DNA of 49,721 nt from an uncultured Oscillospiraceae bacterium (GCA_964518645.1 CAZFGL010000002.1:1-49721); one strand, 5' to 3'; numbered from the stretch's first letter, positions 23,407 to 31,974 are shown. Notes: a model not told the origin generated them from the sequence alone. Numbers and translations: made by a program.

Positions 23407-25356
23407 TTAGATACGCATGGCTGCGTGATAAGCCTCATGATTTGCACGATAGTAAGTACCGCCCTTTGCGGTGCAGTCGCCCACCATGATAACATCCATG
23501 CTGCCGTATTTCTGAAGAAGCATCTTACCCAGACCGTCATCCGGCTTGACACCCAGCGCGTTTACCACGCTGTCAGCGGGGAAGAACCGATCTTCTCCAT
23601 TTTCGTCCAGGGTCTTTACGCCGTTTTCGATGGACTGGATCCGCTGAGAGCCATAGAGTGCAACCCCTCTTTCCTCCAGCTGCGCCAGCAGGTCAGCCTT
23701 GTTGAAGATGGGCATTTCCATTACAAACTGCTCTCTGGGAAGCATATCCACCACGGAAACCTGCTTACCTTCCATGGAAAGTGCCAGTGCGCATTCCAGA
23801 CCGGTGATACCGCCGCCGCAAACCACTACACGCTCCCCGCAGGAGACCTCATGGGCATCCACGTCCCGGACAGGCAGGGCATGCTCAATTCCGGGGATGG
23901 GCGGAGTCATATATACGGAGCCGGTGGCCACAATGATGGCATCCGGATTCACCGTCTCGATCAGTTCCGGGGTCACCTCGGTGTTCAGCACCACTTCAGC
24001 ACCACACTCCATGGTCTCCCGAACGTCCCAGGCCACATATTCCCGCATCAGCTGCTTAAAGGGTACCAGTGCAGCGTCATTGAGCAGGCCACCCAGCCGG
24101 TCGGACTTTTCATACAGCGTGGCTTTATGGCCCCGCTTCACCAGCGTCTGGGCCGCCATCATACCTGCCGGGCCACCGCCGATAACCATAACATTTTTCC
24201 GCTGTGCCTCAGGCACCTTTTCGATCTCGCCGTAGATGCCGCACCGGGGATTGATCGCACAGCTCATGGCCGTACCCCAGGTGTTGGCGTTGCCGCACAG
24301 GTCACAACGGGTGCAGGGACGAACCTTATCCGCCTCACCTGCCAGAGACTTCCGGACAATATCTCCGTCTGCCATAAAGCTCTTGGCCATGGCCACAATA
24401 TCCGCCTTGCCGGAGGCAATGATCTCTTCCGCTTCCGCAAGGGAGGTAATCATACCCACCACCGCAACTGGAATGTGCAGCCGCTGCTTTACGATCTCGG
24501 AATATCCGGTGTTCAGGGGCTTGTGGGGTTCACGGAAATAGGTGGGGATGGTGTACCGGGCGGAGAGGTGGAAAATGGAGCCCTGAGACACATGCATAAT
24601 ATCCACATACTCCTGAGCCAGTTCCATAAAGGCAAGGGATTCTTCAAACTCCAGTCCTCCGGGGATGCCCTCGGTGGCGGATACACGCAGTTCAATCACC
24701 ATGTCATTGCCCACAGCCTCACGGACAGCCTTCAGCACCTCCAGAGGATACTTCCGACGGTTTTCCGGGCTTCCGCCGTACTCATCCGTACGGACATTGG
24801 AATCCGGAGACAGCCACTGCGCCAGGAAGTTGTTATGGGCACAGTGGAGCATGACCATCCGGAATCCGGCATGCTTGCAGCGCACAGCGCAGTCCACATA
24901 CCGCTCCTTCAGATAGTCCATATCCTCCCGGGTCATGGTGCGCACATTATCCTCGGGATCCAGCGGGCGCTCCGCAGAAACCACCGCGGTGGGCGTTCCA
25001 TCCTTCGGTGCCCGGTTGCCCCGTCCGGCATATGCCAGTTCTGCGCTCAGTTCAGCCCCGTTTTTCCGGCACTGCTCTACCAGAGCATTCATACCATGGA
25101 TACAGTCGTCATCACAGACGTTCATTTCACACAGCCAGTGAGAGGTATTGTCATGGGTAACAGGGGTATCGCCCACAGTGACCCAGCCTGCACCGGTCTG
25201 TGCCTGCCACTCCATAAAGTCCATCATATCCTGGCTCATGGTACCGTCGGCATTACATTTGAGCACCACAGTGGGGGAATACTCCAACCGGTTTTTTAAT
25301 GTCAGCCCCCGGATGGTAATGGGCTGGAACAGATGGGGATAGGCATTTGACTTCAT
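23407..25356 (-). CDS. NADH:flavin oxidoreductase of the 2,4-dienoyl-CoA reductase / BaiCD-BaiH / daidzein-reductase-like family, copy 2
   Basis: 649 aa. FQPITIRGLTLKNRL, LHCAHNNFLAQWLSP..N.RTDEYGGSPENRRKY, and the 4Fe-4S-type motif C-TR-C-DL-C-x11-C (RPCTRCDLCGNANTWGTAMSC). Rossmann motif VMVIGGGPAGMMAAQTLVKRGHKATLYEKSDRLGG, plus a second fold VVVCGGGITGLECA. Confidence 0.9.
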   Translation of the reverse strand: MKSNAYPHLFQPITIRGLTLKNRLEYSPTVVLKCNADGTMSQDMMDFMEWQAQTGAGWVTVGDTPVTHDNTSHWLCEMNVCDDDCIHGMNALVEQCRKNGAELSAELAYAGRGNRAPKDGTPTAVVSAERPLDPEDNVRTMTREDMDYLKERYVDCAVRCKHAGFRMVMLHCAHNNFLAQWLSPDSNVRTDEYGGSPENRRKYPLEVLKAVREAVGNDMVIELRVSATEGIPGGLEFEESLAFMELAQEYVDIMHVSQGSIFHLSARYTIPTYFREPHKPLNTGYSEIVKQRLHIPVAVVGMITSLAEAEEIIASGKADIVAMAKSFMADGDIVRKSLAGEADKVRPCTRCDLCGNANTWGTAMSCAINPRCGIYGEIEKVPEAQRKNVMVIGGGPAGMMAAQTLVKRGHKATLYEKSDRLGGLLNDAALVPFKQLMREYVAWDVRETMECGAEVVLNTEVTPELIETVNPDAIIVATGSVYMTPPIPGIEHALPVRDVDAHEVSCGERVVVCGGGITGLECALALSMEGKQVSVVDMLPREQFVMEMPIFNKADLLAQLEERGVALYGSQRIQSIENGVKTLDENGEDRFFPADSVVNALGVKPDDGLGKMLLQKYGSMDVIMVGDCTAKGGTYYRANHEAYHAAMRI

Positions 25357-25404
25357 TCAAGTTCCTCCTAAAGGACGCCATGCGTCCAGTTTTATTTCCC
25401 CTAT

Positions 25405-25433
25405 ATCATACTACATCCATTTGAAAAGTGGAA
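25405..25433 (-). promoter_or_regulatory. Putative promoter of oxidoreductase2-SDR-VOC operon
   Basis: The minus strand reads TTCCAC (25433..25428), a 17-nt spacer, then TATGAT (25410..25405). A small GGACGC/GCGTCC hairpin (25373..25387) sits just upstream of the RBS. Motif match only. Confidence 0.35.
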
Positions 25434-25491
25434 ATCTTATTTCTTTCTCTAATTATAATCCGCAGATTATAACCCTCCGGATCTCCGGCGC

Positions 25492-26109
25492 TTACCGGAT
25501 GAAATTGGTGGCCACATGAGGCTCCTGCGCCGGAAGCCCGAACTGCTCCCGCCCCAGTGCAATGCTCTTCATCAAAAAGGCCATATTTCTTGCAAGGGTG
25601 CGCATGGTCTGAAGTCCCTCTTCATCCTCCGCTGCCTGACCGGGTGCGCCCCCATGAACGCTGTTCCAGTACTGGCTGGAGACAATGGGCATACCGCTGA
25701 TGGTAAAGTATTTATTCAGCTGGTCAAAGGTGGAGGAACATCCGCCCCGTCTTGCCACCGCCACAGAAGCACCCACCTTCATGGTCTTGTCAAACCGGGT
25801 GCTGTAGAACAGCCGGTCAAGAACCGAAATCAGGGTGCCATTGGCAGAGGCATAATACACGGGACTGCCTACCACAAGGCCGTCCGCCCCTTCCAGCTTG
25901 GGTGCAAGCTCATTGACCACATCGTCCAAAACACACGCCCCTTTCCGGAAGCATCCCCCGCAGGCCAGGCAGCCCCGGACATTCTGATTGCCCACATGGA
26001 TCAGTTCCGTCTCTATCCCCTGCTTTTCCAGTTCCTTTCTGACTTCATCCAGCGCCAGAAAGGTATTTCCTCCGGCTTTGGGACTTCCGTTGAGCAGCAG
26101 AACTTTCAT
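25492..26109 (-). CDS. Flavodoxin-like fold NAD(P)H-dependent FMN reductase / iron-sulfur flavoprotein-like protein
   Basis: Track ORF 25492..26397 is over-extended into ung. ATG 26109 follows AGGAAAGGAG and gives MKVLLLNGSPKAGGNTF.... It has a CxxCxxCx5C motif (GCLACGGCFRKGAC) and GSPVYYASANG. Confidence 0.8.
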   Translation of the reverse strand: MKVLLLNGSPKAGGNTFLALDEVRKELEKQGIETELIHVGNQNVRGCLACGGCFRKGACVLDDVVNELAPKLEGADGLVVGSPVYYASANGTLISVLDRLFYSTRFDKTMKVGASVAVARRGGCSSTFDQLNKYFTISGMPIVSSQYWNSVHGGAPGQAAEDEEGLQTMRTLARNMAFLMKSIALGREQFGLPAQEPHVATNFIR

Positions 26110-26144
26110 AAAACGATCTCCTTTCCTGTTTCTGTCCGCCGTGT

Positions 26145-26810
26145 TTACAGCGACCAGTTGATGGGTTTTTCTCCGTGTTCCAGCAGAAAGCTGTTGACCT
26201 TCGAGAAGGGTGCACTGCCAAAGAACCCACGGTAGGCCGACAGCGGACTGGGATGGACACTTTTCAGAACCAGTCTTGGGGCATCGGCGTGAATCAGCGC
26301 TTCCTTTCTGATGGCATAATTCCCCCAGAGCAGAAATGCCACCGGCTGGGGCAGGCTGTTTGTGGCCAAAATCGCCTCGTCGGTAAAGGCCTCCCATCCC
26401 ATGCTCCGGTGAGAACCGGCTTTGTGCGCCTCCACCGTAAGCACGGAATTCAGAAGCAGCACCCCTTCTCTGGCCCAGTTCTCCAAACAGCCATGATCTG
26501 GCACCGGCAGTCCCAGATCGCTGTGAAGTTCTTTATATATATTCCCCAGTGACTTGGGTACAGTCACCCCGGGTCTTACAGAGAAGCTCAGCCCATGGGC
26601 CTGCCCCGGTTCATGATAGGGATCCTGCCCCAGGATCACCACCCGAAGCTGTTCCGGCTGGGTGGCCTGAAAGGCCGCAAACAGATCCTCCCGGGGAGGA
26701 TAAACACAGGAATCCCCATAGGCACTGTCCACCCGCCGGGACAATTCCGCCCATTTCTCCTCCGGGAAGGAAATCAGTTCCCCCCAGCGGCCCAATTCTG
26801 AATATTGCAT
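26145..26810 (-). CDS. ung: Uracil-DNA glycosylase (family 1)
   Basis: Start taken at ATG 26810 (MQYSELG...). Motifs VVILGQDPYHEPGQAHGLSFSV and HPSPLSAYRGFFG are diagnostic of Ung. Confidence 0.9.
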   Translation of the reverse strand: MQYSELGRWGELISFPEEKWAELSRRVDSAYGDSCVYPPREDLFAAFQATQPEQLRVVILGQDPYHEPGQAHGLSFSVRPGVTVPKSLGNIYKELHSDLGLPVPDHGCLENWAREGVLLLNSVLTVEAHKAGSHRSMGWEAFTDEAILATNSLPQPVAFLLWGNYAIRKEALIHADAPRLVLKSVHPSPLSAYRGFFGSAPFSKVNSFLLEHGEKPINWSL

Positions 26811-26955
26811 AAAACCCTTCGCTCCCGTAATAAAGTGATGCTTTATTCTATCATGTTTTCCCGAAAAAGTCGATTCCCCATTGCAGAAAGCACTGGGGCT
26901 GGCGCAAAGCATGCCGCAGCACCCTTGAGCCAGCCCCTTTCGGTTTATGCAGTTT

Positions 26956-29900
26956 TTACTTCTTCAGCCGCTTCACTACGGGAACGATGATCGCCACCAG
27001 AGAAGCCAGCACCACGATCAGACCGATCACAACACCCACGGTGTTGTCTGCTTCTGCGGGTGCTTCCTCTGCGGGAGCCTCTTCCACAACGGGAGCTTCC
27101 TCCACAGGTGCCTCGGAAGGCTCCACAACGGAGGGAACTTCCTCTTCCTCGATCACTTCGGGCTCTTCCTCAGGGATCTCGGGCCACTCGTCCACGCCGG
27201 GGCCAACCAGAGTAACGTTGCCGTAGGTGCCGGCCACAACGGTGGTGGTGGAGTCGAAGGTAATGGTAACAGGCTCGTCAGCAGTGATGTTTTCCACATT
27301 GTAGATCTCCAGGTTGGCAACCTTGGTGTCCCCGGTGACCTTCCAGGAGGACTTGTGGTCAAAGTTCAGGTTGCAGATGCCGGTGATCTCTTCTTCCTCG
27401 CCATAGAGGATGGTGCCTTCCCAGTCGGAGTTCTCAAAGTTCAGAGTAGCACTGTTTGCGCCGGTGCCGATGTCAGGGCTGCCGGTGGACTGGGAGTATG
27501 CGCCGATGAACATATCGCCCACGATTTCAGTGGTATCGGTGGATGCACCGGTGAGATCCCAGGGGGTATTTCTGTTGTTGTTCTTGAAGTTGACGGTGGC
27601 AGAGCCTGCACCCTCAACGGACAGGATCAGGTTGTCCGCAGGGATCTGGCCCTCTTCCAGCTTGGTGGGATCGCCATAGTCCACATAGTTCTGGTTTACC
27701 ATCTTGGAGGACTCCACATACACGGGCGTGGAGGAGTTTTCCACATAGATAACTGCAAACTTGTTGCCGCCGGAGTAGCCGGGGGTCTTAGACTTGTCGG
27801 TGAACCACCAGTCCAGGCTGTCCTCATAGAACTTGGGAGAGTTGGCCTTGTCGATGAACATATTCAGCTCGCCGTAACCGGTGGTGATGTTGTTAACGTC
27901 CAACTCGCCGGAATCCATTTTTGCCTGCATGGTCTCGGGATCTGCCACATCGTAGGCATTCTGCATCTCTTCTGCATCGAAGGATGCTGCAACCCGGGAA
28001 TTGGTGACATAGATACCAGTCTCTTCTGCCTCGGCGTTGCCGCCTGCACGGCACTTGATACCCATAACGCCGTTGATGTCACAGTTGTATGCGTAGATAT
28101 AACCGCCGGATGCGGAGCAGAGGCCTGCATCCAGATAGGAGGTCAGTGCGGAGTTGTAGCAGTATACCCAGCTCTCGTTGGAACCGATGGAGTATACACC
28201 TGCGCAGCGGAGACCGAAGGTCTTGGTAACCACGCTGTTGGCAACGATCACACCGCCGCCGGAGTCAGTCGCAAGGGCAGTGCCTGCCTCATCACCGGTC
28301 ACGACCACGGACACGTTGTCAGGATGGTCTTCGTATACACCCTCCATGGCGCCGTCAGCATTCCGGCTCATGGTGCCAAGATTGGCTGCGGGACGCTCAG
28401 TAGCTGTCAGGGTGGCTGCATCCCGGTTGATAGAGCCGTCCTCACCCAGCAGATTGGTGCCGTCCACGTTCATATAGATCTGGCCACCGGTGGAAACATA
28501 GGGGCCGTGGCCGCCGGAGGAGCAGGAGAAGATGTCGCCGCCCTCAATATAGATCACGCCGGAGCCGGTGGCATAGATGGAGTTTACAGTACCCAGAATC
28601 TGAGGATTCTTCAGGGTCAGTGCAGAGGTAGCCTTATTGAGCAGGTTGGTTGCAGGGGTGGTTGCGTCGCCGCCGTCCACATGGATGGCAGAGCCCAGAC
28701 CGAAGAAGTTACCTGCCTCAGAGGGGCCCTTGCTGGCGGTGTAGCAGTGGGAAACAAAGTCCTCCACCGTCAGGTCGCCACCGCCCTGAACGAAGATGGA
28801 TGCGGTGTTGGTATTGTCGTTGGTAACGGTGTTGTCCTTGTCCATGTCTGCCGGGTCGATCTCCTTATAGAGATAGGTGCAGTACAGGCTGACCACGCCC
28901 CGGGCAGGGCCGTTGGTCACGTTCTCATAGTAGTTGTAAACGCGAACCAGATCATAATCCTTGCCGTACACCAGCTTATCTGCCTTGTAGACGCCGTTAA
29001 TGGCCTCTGCCAGAGACAGATACTCCGGCTCGTCGGTGACCTGATAAGCCTTGACCATCTCATAGGTCTTGCCGTCGGCAGCGTAGTAGTGGCCGGTGGA
29101 AATACCCATGGAATTAATATACTTTGCAGTGGAACCGGTGTTTACACCCAGATACTCGTTCACATTTTCGGGAAGCTCTGCGCCCTCGGCAACTGCCTTC
29201 TTGTTGATCTCGGGGGCGTCATACTCAAACTCCTCGGTCATTTCCGCAGGATCACGGGAATCATCGGGATCTGCCTCAAAGGTCACGTCCACGGAGGCAG
29301 ATCCCGTGGTGAAGGTGTACTCCAGGTCATATTCGTTCTTCCCCGCTGCCTCAGGAACCGGCTGTCCGTCTACGGTCAGAGCTGCGATCTTGAACTGATA
29401 ATCAGCGACAATGTGGAAGGTGATGGTGTGCTTGCCGTCCAGCATGCCGGAGGGCAGATGATAGGTGCCGTTGGGCTGAATGTAGCCCTCTTCCCCGCCG
29501 GTGACCGCAAAGGTGGCAGAGCCGTCTGCATCATAGGTCACAAAGTCACGGGTGGCATCCGTGGATGCATAGGTCTCCGCTGCGGAACCGGTCTCGCCAT
29601 AAAAGGCACCGGGGCAGCTGAGGAAGGATGCAGGCTCGGAGCTGATGGATGTGACAGTGGCAGGAATGGACCAGCCGCTGGTGGAGTTATAGTCATAGAT
29701 CATACGGGGGCTGAGGGTGGTCACGCCCTCAGGAATCAGGAAATAAACATCCTGATTTTTGTTGTTGGAAGAAATGTTCTGAACGCCGTTGCCAATGGTG
29801 GTGACTTCATAGCCGCCCAGTGTGGCAGGGATCATAACCACGTTGCCGGACTTCTCTTCCCCGTTGCCCCAGAGAACAGTTGCAGTGGGGGTGGAACCGG

Positions 29901-30213
29901 CCATGATCATGGCCATGAAAGCATCCAGCTCTTCCTGGGAGACATCTCCGCCGCCGCCTCCGCCACCGCCGCCGGCACCGGGGTCGCCGCCCATACCGCC
30001 GCCGGGGCCACCGGGGCCGCCGCCCATGCCCATCTCGCCGGCGGAAACCTCATAGACCCAGTTTCCTTCCGTCTGGTTGCCGGTGGGAATCTCTTCTTCA
30101 GCAGTCTCCTGTACTGCACCGTCGGGGCCATCTGCCATTACCGGCAGACAAAACAGCCCGACCAGCATTGCCAGCACGAGAAACAGCGCCATAAACCGTT
30201 TGCTGCTTAACAT
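26956..30213 (-). CDS. 1085-aa cell-surface protein: signal peptide, Gly-rich spacer, LRR-like and Ig-like segments, long right-handed beta-helix-like region, acidic P/E/A linker, C-terminal TM anchor
   Basis: Track ORF is over-extended. ATG 30213 follows GGAGGA and gives MLSSKRFMALFLVLAMLVGLFCLPVMA|DG. The G-run is GEMGMGGGPGGPGGGMGGDPGAGGGGGGGGGD. The repetitive G/S/T/N/V-rich beta-strand pattern (..GGVIVANSVV..CAGVYSIG..SWVYCYNSAL..GGYIYAYNCDINGVMGIKC..) is reminiscent of Cthe_2159-type or pectate-lyase-fold proteins. The end ..NTVGVVIGLIVVLASLVAIIVPVVKRLKK has no LPXTG. Confidence 0.8.
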   Translation of the reverse strand: MLSSKRFMALFLVLAMLVGLFCLPVMADGPDGAVQETAEEEIPTGNQTEGNWVYEVSAGEMGMGGGPGGPGGGMGGDPGAGGGGGGGGGDVSQEELDAFMAMIMAGSTPTATVLWGNGEEKSGNVVMIPATLGGYEVTTIGNGVQNISSNNKNQDVYFLIPEGVTTLSPRMIYDYNSTSGWSIPATVTSISSEPASFLSCPGAFYGETGSAAETYASTDATRDFVTYDADGSATFAVTGGEEGYIQPNGTYHLPSGMLDGKHTITFHIVADYQFKIAALTVDGQPVPEAAGKNEYDLEYTFTTGSASVDVTFEADPDDSRDPAEMTEEFEYDAPEINKKAVAEGAELPENVNEYLGVNTGSTAKYINSMGISTGHYYAADGKTYEMVKAYQVTDEPEYLSLAEAINGVYKADKLVYGKDYDLVRVYNYYENVTNGPARGVVSLYCTYLYKEIDPADMDKDNTVTNDNTNTASIFVQGGGDLTVEDFVSHCYTASKGPSEAGNFFGLGSAIHVDGGDATTPATNLLNKATSALTLKNPQILGTVNSIYATGSGVIYIEGGDIFSCSSGGHGPYVSTGGQIYMNVDGTNLLGEDGSINRDAATLTATERPAANLGTMSRNADGAMEGVYEDHPDNVSVVVTGDEAGTALATDSGGGVIVANSVVTKTFGLRCAGVYSIGSNESWVYCYNSALTSYLDAGLCSASGGYIYAYNCDINGVMGIKCRAGGNAEAEETGIYVTNSRVAASFDAEEMQNAYDVADPETMQAKMDSGELDVNNITTGYGELNMFIDKANSPKFYEDSLDWWFTDKSKTPGYSGGNKFAVIYVENSSTPVYVESSKMVNQNYVDYGDPTKLEEGQIPADNLILSVEGAGSATVNFKNNNRNTPWDLTGASTDTTEIVGDMFIGAYSQSTGSPDIGTGANSATLNFENSDWEGTILYGEEEEITGICNLNFDHKSSWKVTGDTKVANLEIYNVENITADEPVTITFDSTTTVVAGTYGNVTLVGPGVDEWPEIPEEEPEVIEEEEVPSVVEPSEAPVEEAPVVEEAPAEEAPAEADNTVGVVIGLIVVLASLVAIIVPVVKRLKK

Positions 30214-30273
30214 TTGTTTATCCTCCTTTTTCCGATTATGCCGCCCACGAGACTCAGCGACACTGACGAGGCA

Positions 30274-30302
30274 AATATACCAGTAAATACAGCACTTTTC
30301 AA
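30274..30302 (-). promoter_or_regulatory. Putative promoter of the surface-protein gene
   Basis: The minus strand reads TTGAAA (30302..30297), a 17-nt spacer, then TATATT (30279..30274). Motif match only. Confidence 0.4.
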
Positions 30303-30414
30303 TTGTTTCTGTGCAAATCAACCAAGTGGGTACAATTGAAACAAACAAATATTTCCGCAACCCACAATCCGCTGTTTCCTGCACAAATGCGCCTTATACC
30401 GCAAGAAGTGTCGC

Positions 30415-30443
30415 TTGTCACAGAACCCATTCTTTTTTATAAT
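30415..30443 (+). promoter_or_regulatory. Putative promoter of the cytosolic beta-helix protein gene
   Basis: TTGTCA (30415..30420), a 17-nt spacer, then TATAAT (30438..30443), 46 nt upstream of ATG 30490. Confidence 0.5.
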
Positions 30444-30489
30444 AAATACATCTTCCTATCATGGAAACAAACAGAAAGAAGGTTTTCAT

Positions 30490-31872
30490 ATGGCAATCCT
30501 GAAAGCAAAAGAAATCACCATCACCCCCAGAGTTCCCTATGTCCCCATTGAGCCCTGGGACTGGTTCAAGGAAAACGGCATTGAGGACAAGGCCGGTGGC
30601 CCTCCTCCCATGGGCGAAGGCCCCAAGATGGTTCCCTCCGTATACATCAAGGACGGCAAGCGGATCCCGGGCAACGACAAGACTATTTACGGCGGTGAGA
30701 TCACCGATGAGGACGCAGCAGACCTCCGGATCGTCTCCTACGACGGCACTGTCGGCGGTGTTTATGCCGAAGGTGCAGGTACCGATTACACCGTGGAGGG
30801 CGCAGTCATCTCCCTGTCCGGCGACGGCAGCGGTCTGGGCGAGAAGTCTGCCGGTGCAGGTGTCTCCGATCACGCTACCCTGACCCTGAAGGACTGCCTG
30901 ATCGACGTATACGGTCTGAGCCGTACCGCCACCTCCGCCAGCGGTGGCAGTGTTCTGAAGGTCTATGACTCCGCACTGATCAGCCACGGTGCTCCCTACG
31001 GTGAGGATGCCCCTGAGGGCAGCCCCAAGATGAGCCCCCCGGCACCCCTTGAAATTCAGGGCAACAACCGTACCCACTGCACCGTGCAGAATTCCTACAG
31101 CTACTTCTACAACACCCTTGTCACCTGTGACGGCTGGGCTGCACTTTCCACCGATGCCTCCAACGGCTTTGTTTATCTGGAGGCCAACGACTGCAAGGTG
31201 GTCGCCACCAAATCCGGCTACGGTGCTTATGCAGACTGGGGCTGCCATGATGTGTTCAACGACTGCAAGTTTGATGTGGCCTGCCAGGCAGCCATCGTTG
31301 CAGGCGAGGCCTCTGTGAAATTTACCGGCAGTGAGCTGAACTGCGGCACCTACCTTGCACTTATGCACTGCGTCATGGGTCGCCACACAGAGGTGGGCGA
31401 ACTGACCCTTACCGACTGCTATGTTAAGACCGGCAAGAACGCCGTTGAAGTTCACGGTCAGAACGTGATCGTCTCCATGGAGAACTGCCAGATCGAGACC
31501 GCCGGTGCTCTGATGCGCACCTGCAAGAATCTGGATCCCAACGCCGCCCGTGTCAACGGCCGTCCCACCCCCGGCGACGAGCTGCACCTGAAGGATATGA
31601 CCGTCAAGGGCGACATCCTCCACGAGGACCCCGAGCGTGACTGCCGTGTCTACCTCACCTCCACCTGTCTCACCGGCGCTGTGCTGAACGCTGCACTGAT
31701 TATGGATCAGGGCTCCCGCTGGTACGCCACCGGGGATTCCACCGTCCTGATCGCAGGAGATGTGGATATTGCCCAGATCGACGCCCCTGCCGGTGTCACC
31801 ATCACCGCTTCCGCAGCAGACGGTCAGGGCACCTACACTCTTGCCTCCGGCGGCACTCTGGTGGTAAAGTAA
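30490..31872 (+). CDS. 460-aa beta-helix-like protein without signal peptide (unknown function)
   Basis: Start taken at ATG 30490 (MAILKAKEITITPRVPYVP...) after GAAAGAAGG. The Cys-rich repeating pattern (..GAVISLSGDGSG..ATLTLKDCLIDVYG..GSVLKVYDSALISHG..CTVQNSYSYFYNTLVTCDG..FVYLEANDCKVVATKSG..) is typical of parallel beta-helices. A strong terminator follows. Confidence 0.75.
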   Translation: MAILKAKEITITPRVPYVPIEPWDWFKENGIEDKAGGPPPMGEGPKMVPSVYIKDGKRIPGNDKTIYGGEITDEDAADLRIVSYDGTVGGVYAEGAGTDYTVEGAVISLSGDGSGLGEKSAGAGVSDHATLTLKDCLIDVYGLSRTATSASGGSVLKVYDSALISHGAPYGEDAPEGSPKMSPPAPLEIQGNNRTHCTVQNSYSYFYNTLVTCDGWAALSTDASNGFVYLEANDCKVVATKSGYGAYADWGCHDVFNDCKFDVACQAAIVAGEASVKFTGSELNCGTYLALMHCVMGRHTEVGELTLTDCYVKTGKNAVEVHGQNVIVSMENCQIETAGALMRTCKNLDPNAARVNGRPTPGDELHLKDMTVKGDILHEDPERDCRVYLTSTCLTGAVLNAALIMDQGSRWYATGDSTVLIAGDVDIAQIDAPAGVTITASAADGQGTYTLASGGTLVVK

Positions 31873-31889
31873 GCTTCAGAATTTAAAAC

Positions 31890-31925
31890 AGGACGTGCTG
31901 CAAGATGCAGCACGTCCTTTGTTTT
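31890..31925 (+). terminator. Rho-independent terminator
   Basis: 12-13-bp perfect stem AGGACGTGCTGCA (31890..31902) / TGCAGCACGTCCT (31906..31918), followed by TTTGTTTT. Confidence 0.85.
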
Positions 31926-31974
31926 CCGTGGGTCTCAGGTTATACAAACGGTCTTGTTTTGATTCACTTTTCTG

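Noticed and set aside
22305-25299. Plus-strand ORFs 22305..23393 (362 aa) and 23137..25299 (720 aa)
   Set aside because: They are antisense to the SDR and reductase 2 genes, both of which have diagnostic cofactor motifs.
29944-30039. G-run DNA as a dispersed repeat shared with 9612..9716
   Set aside because: Only about 14 nt (CCGGGGCCACCGGG) are identical. This is explained by GGN/CCN codons for Gly-Pro, so the similarity is at peptide-composition level, not a mobile DNA repeat.
26947-30210. 1087-aa plus-strand ORF
   Set aside because: It is the antisense shadow of the surface-protein gene. Its translation is G/V/A/H/L-rich with no recognisable domains, no RBS and no signal logic. The minus strand has an RBS, a signal peptide, domain structure and a TM anchor.
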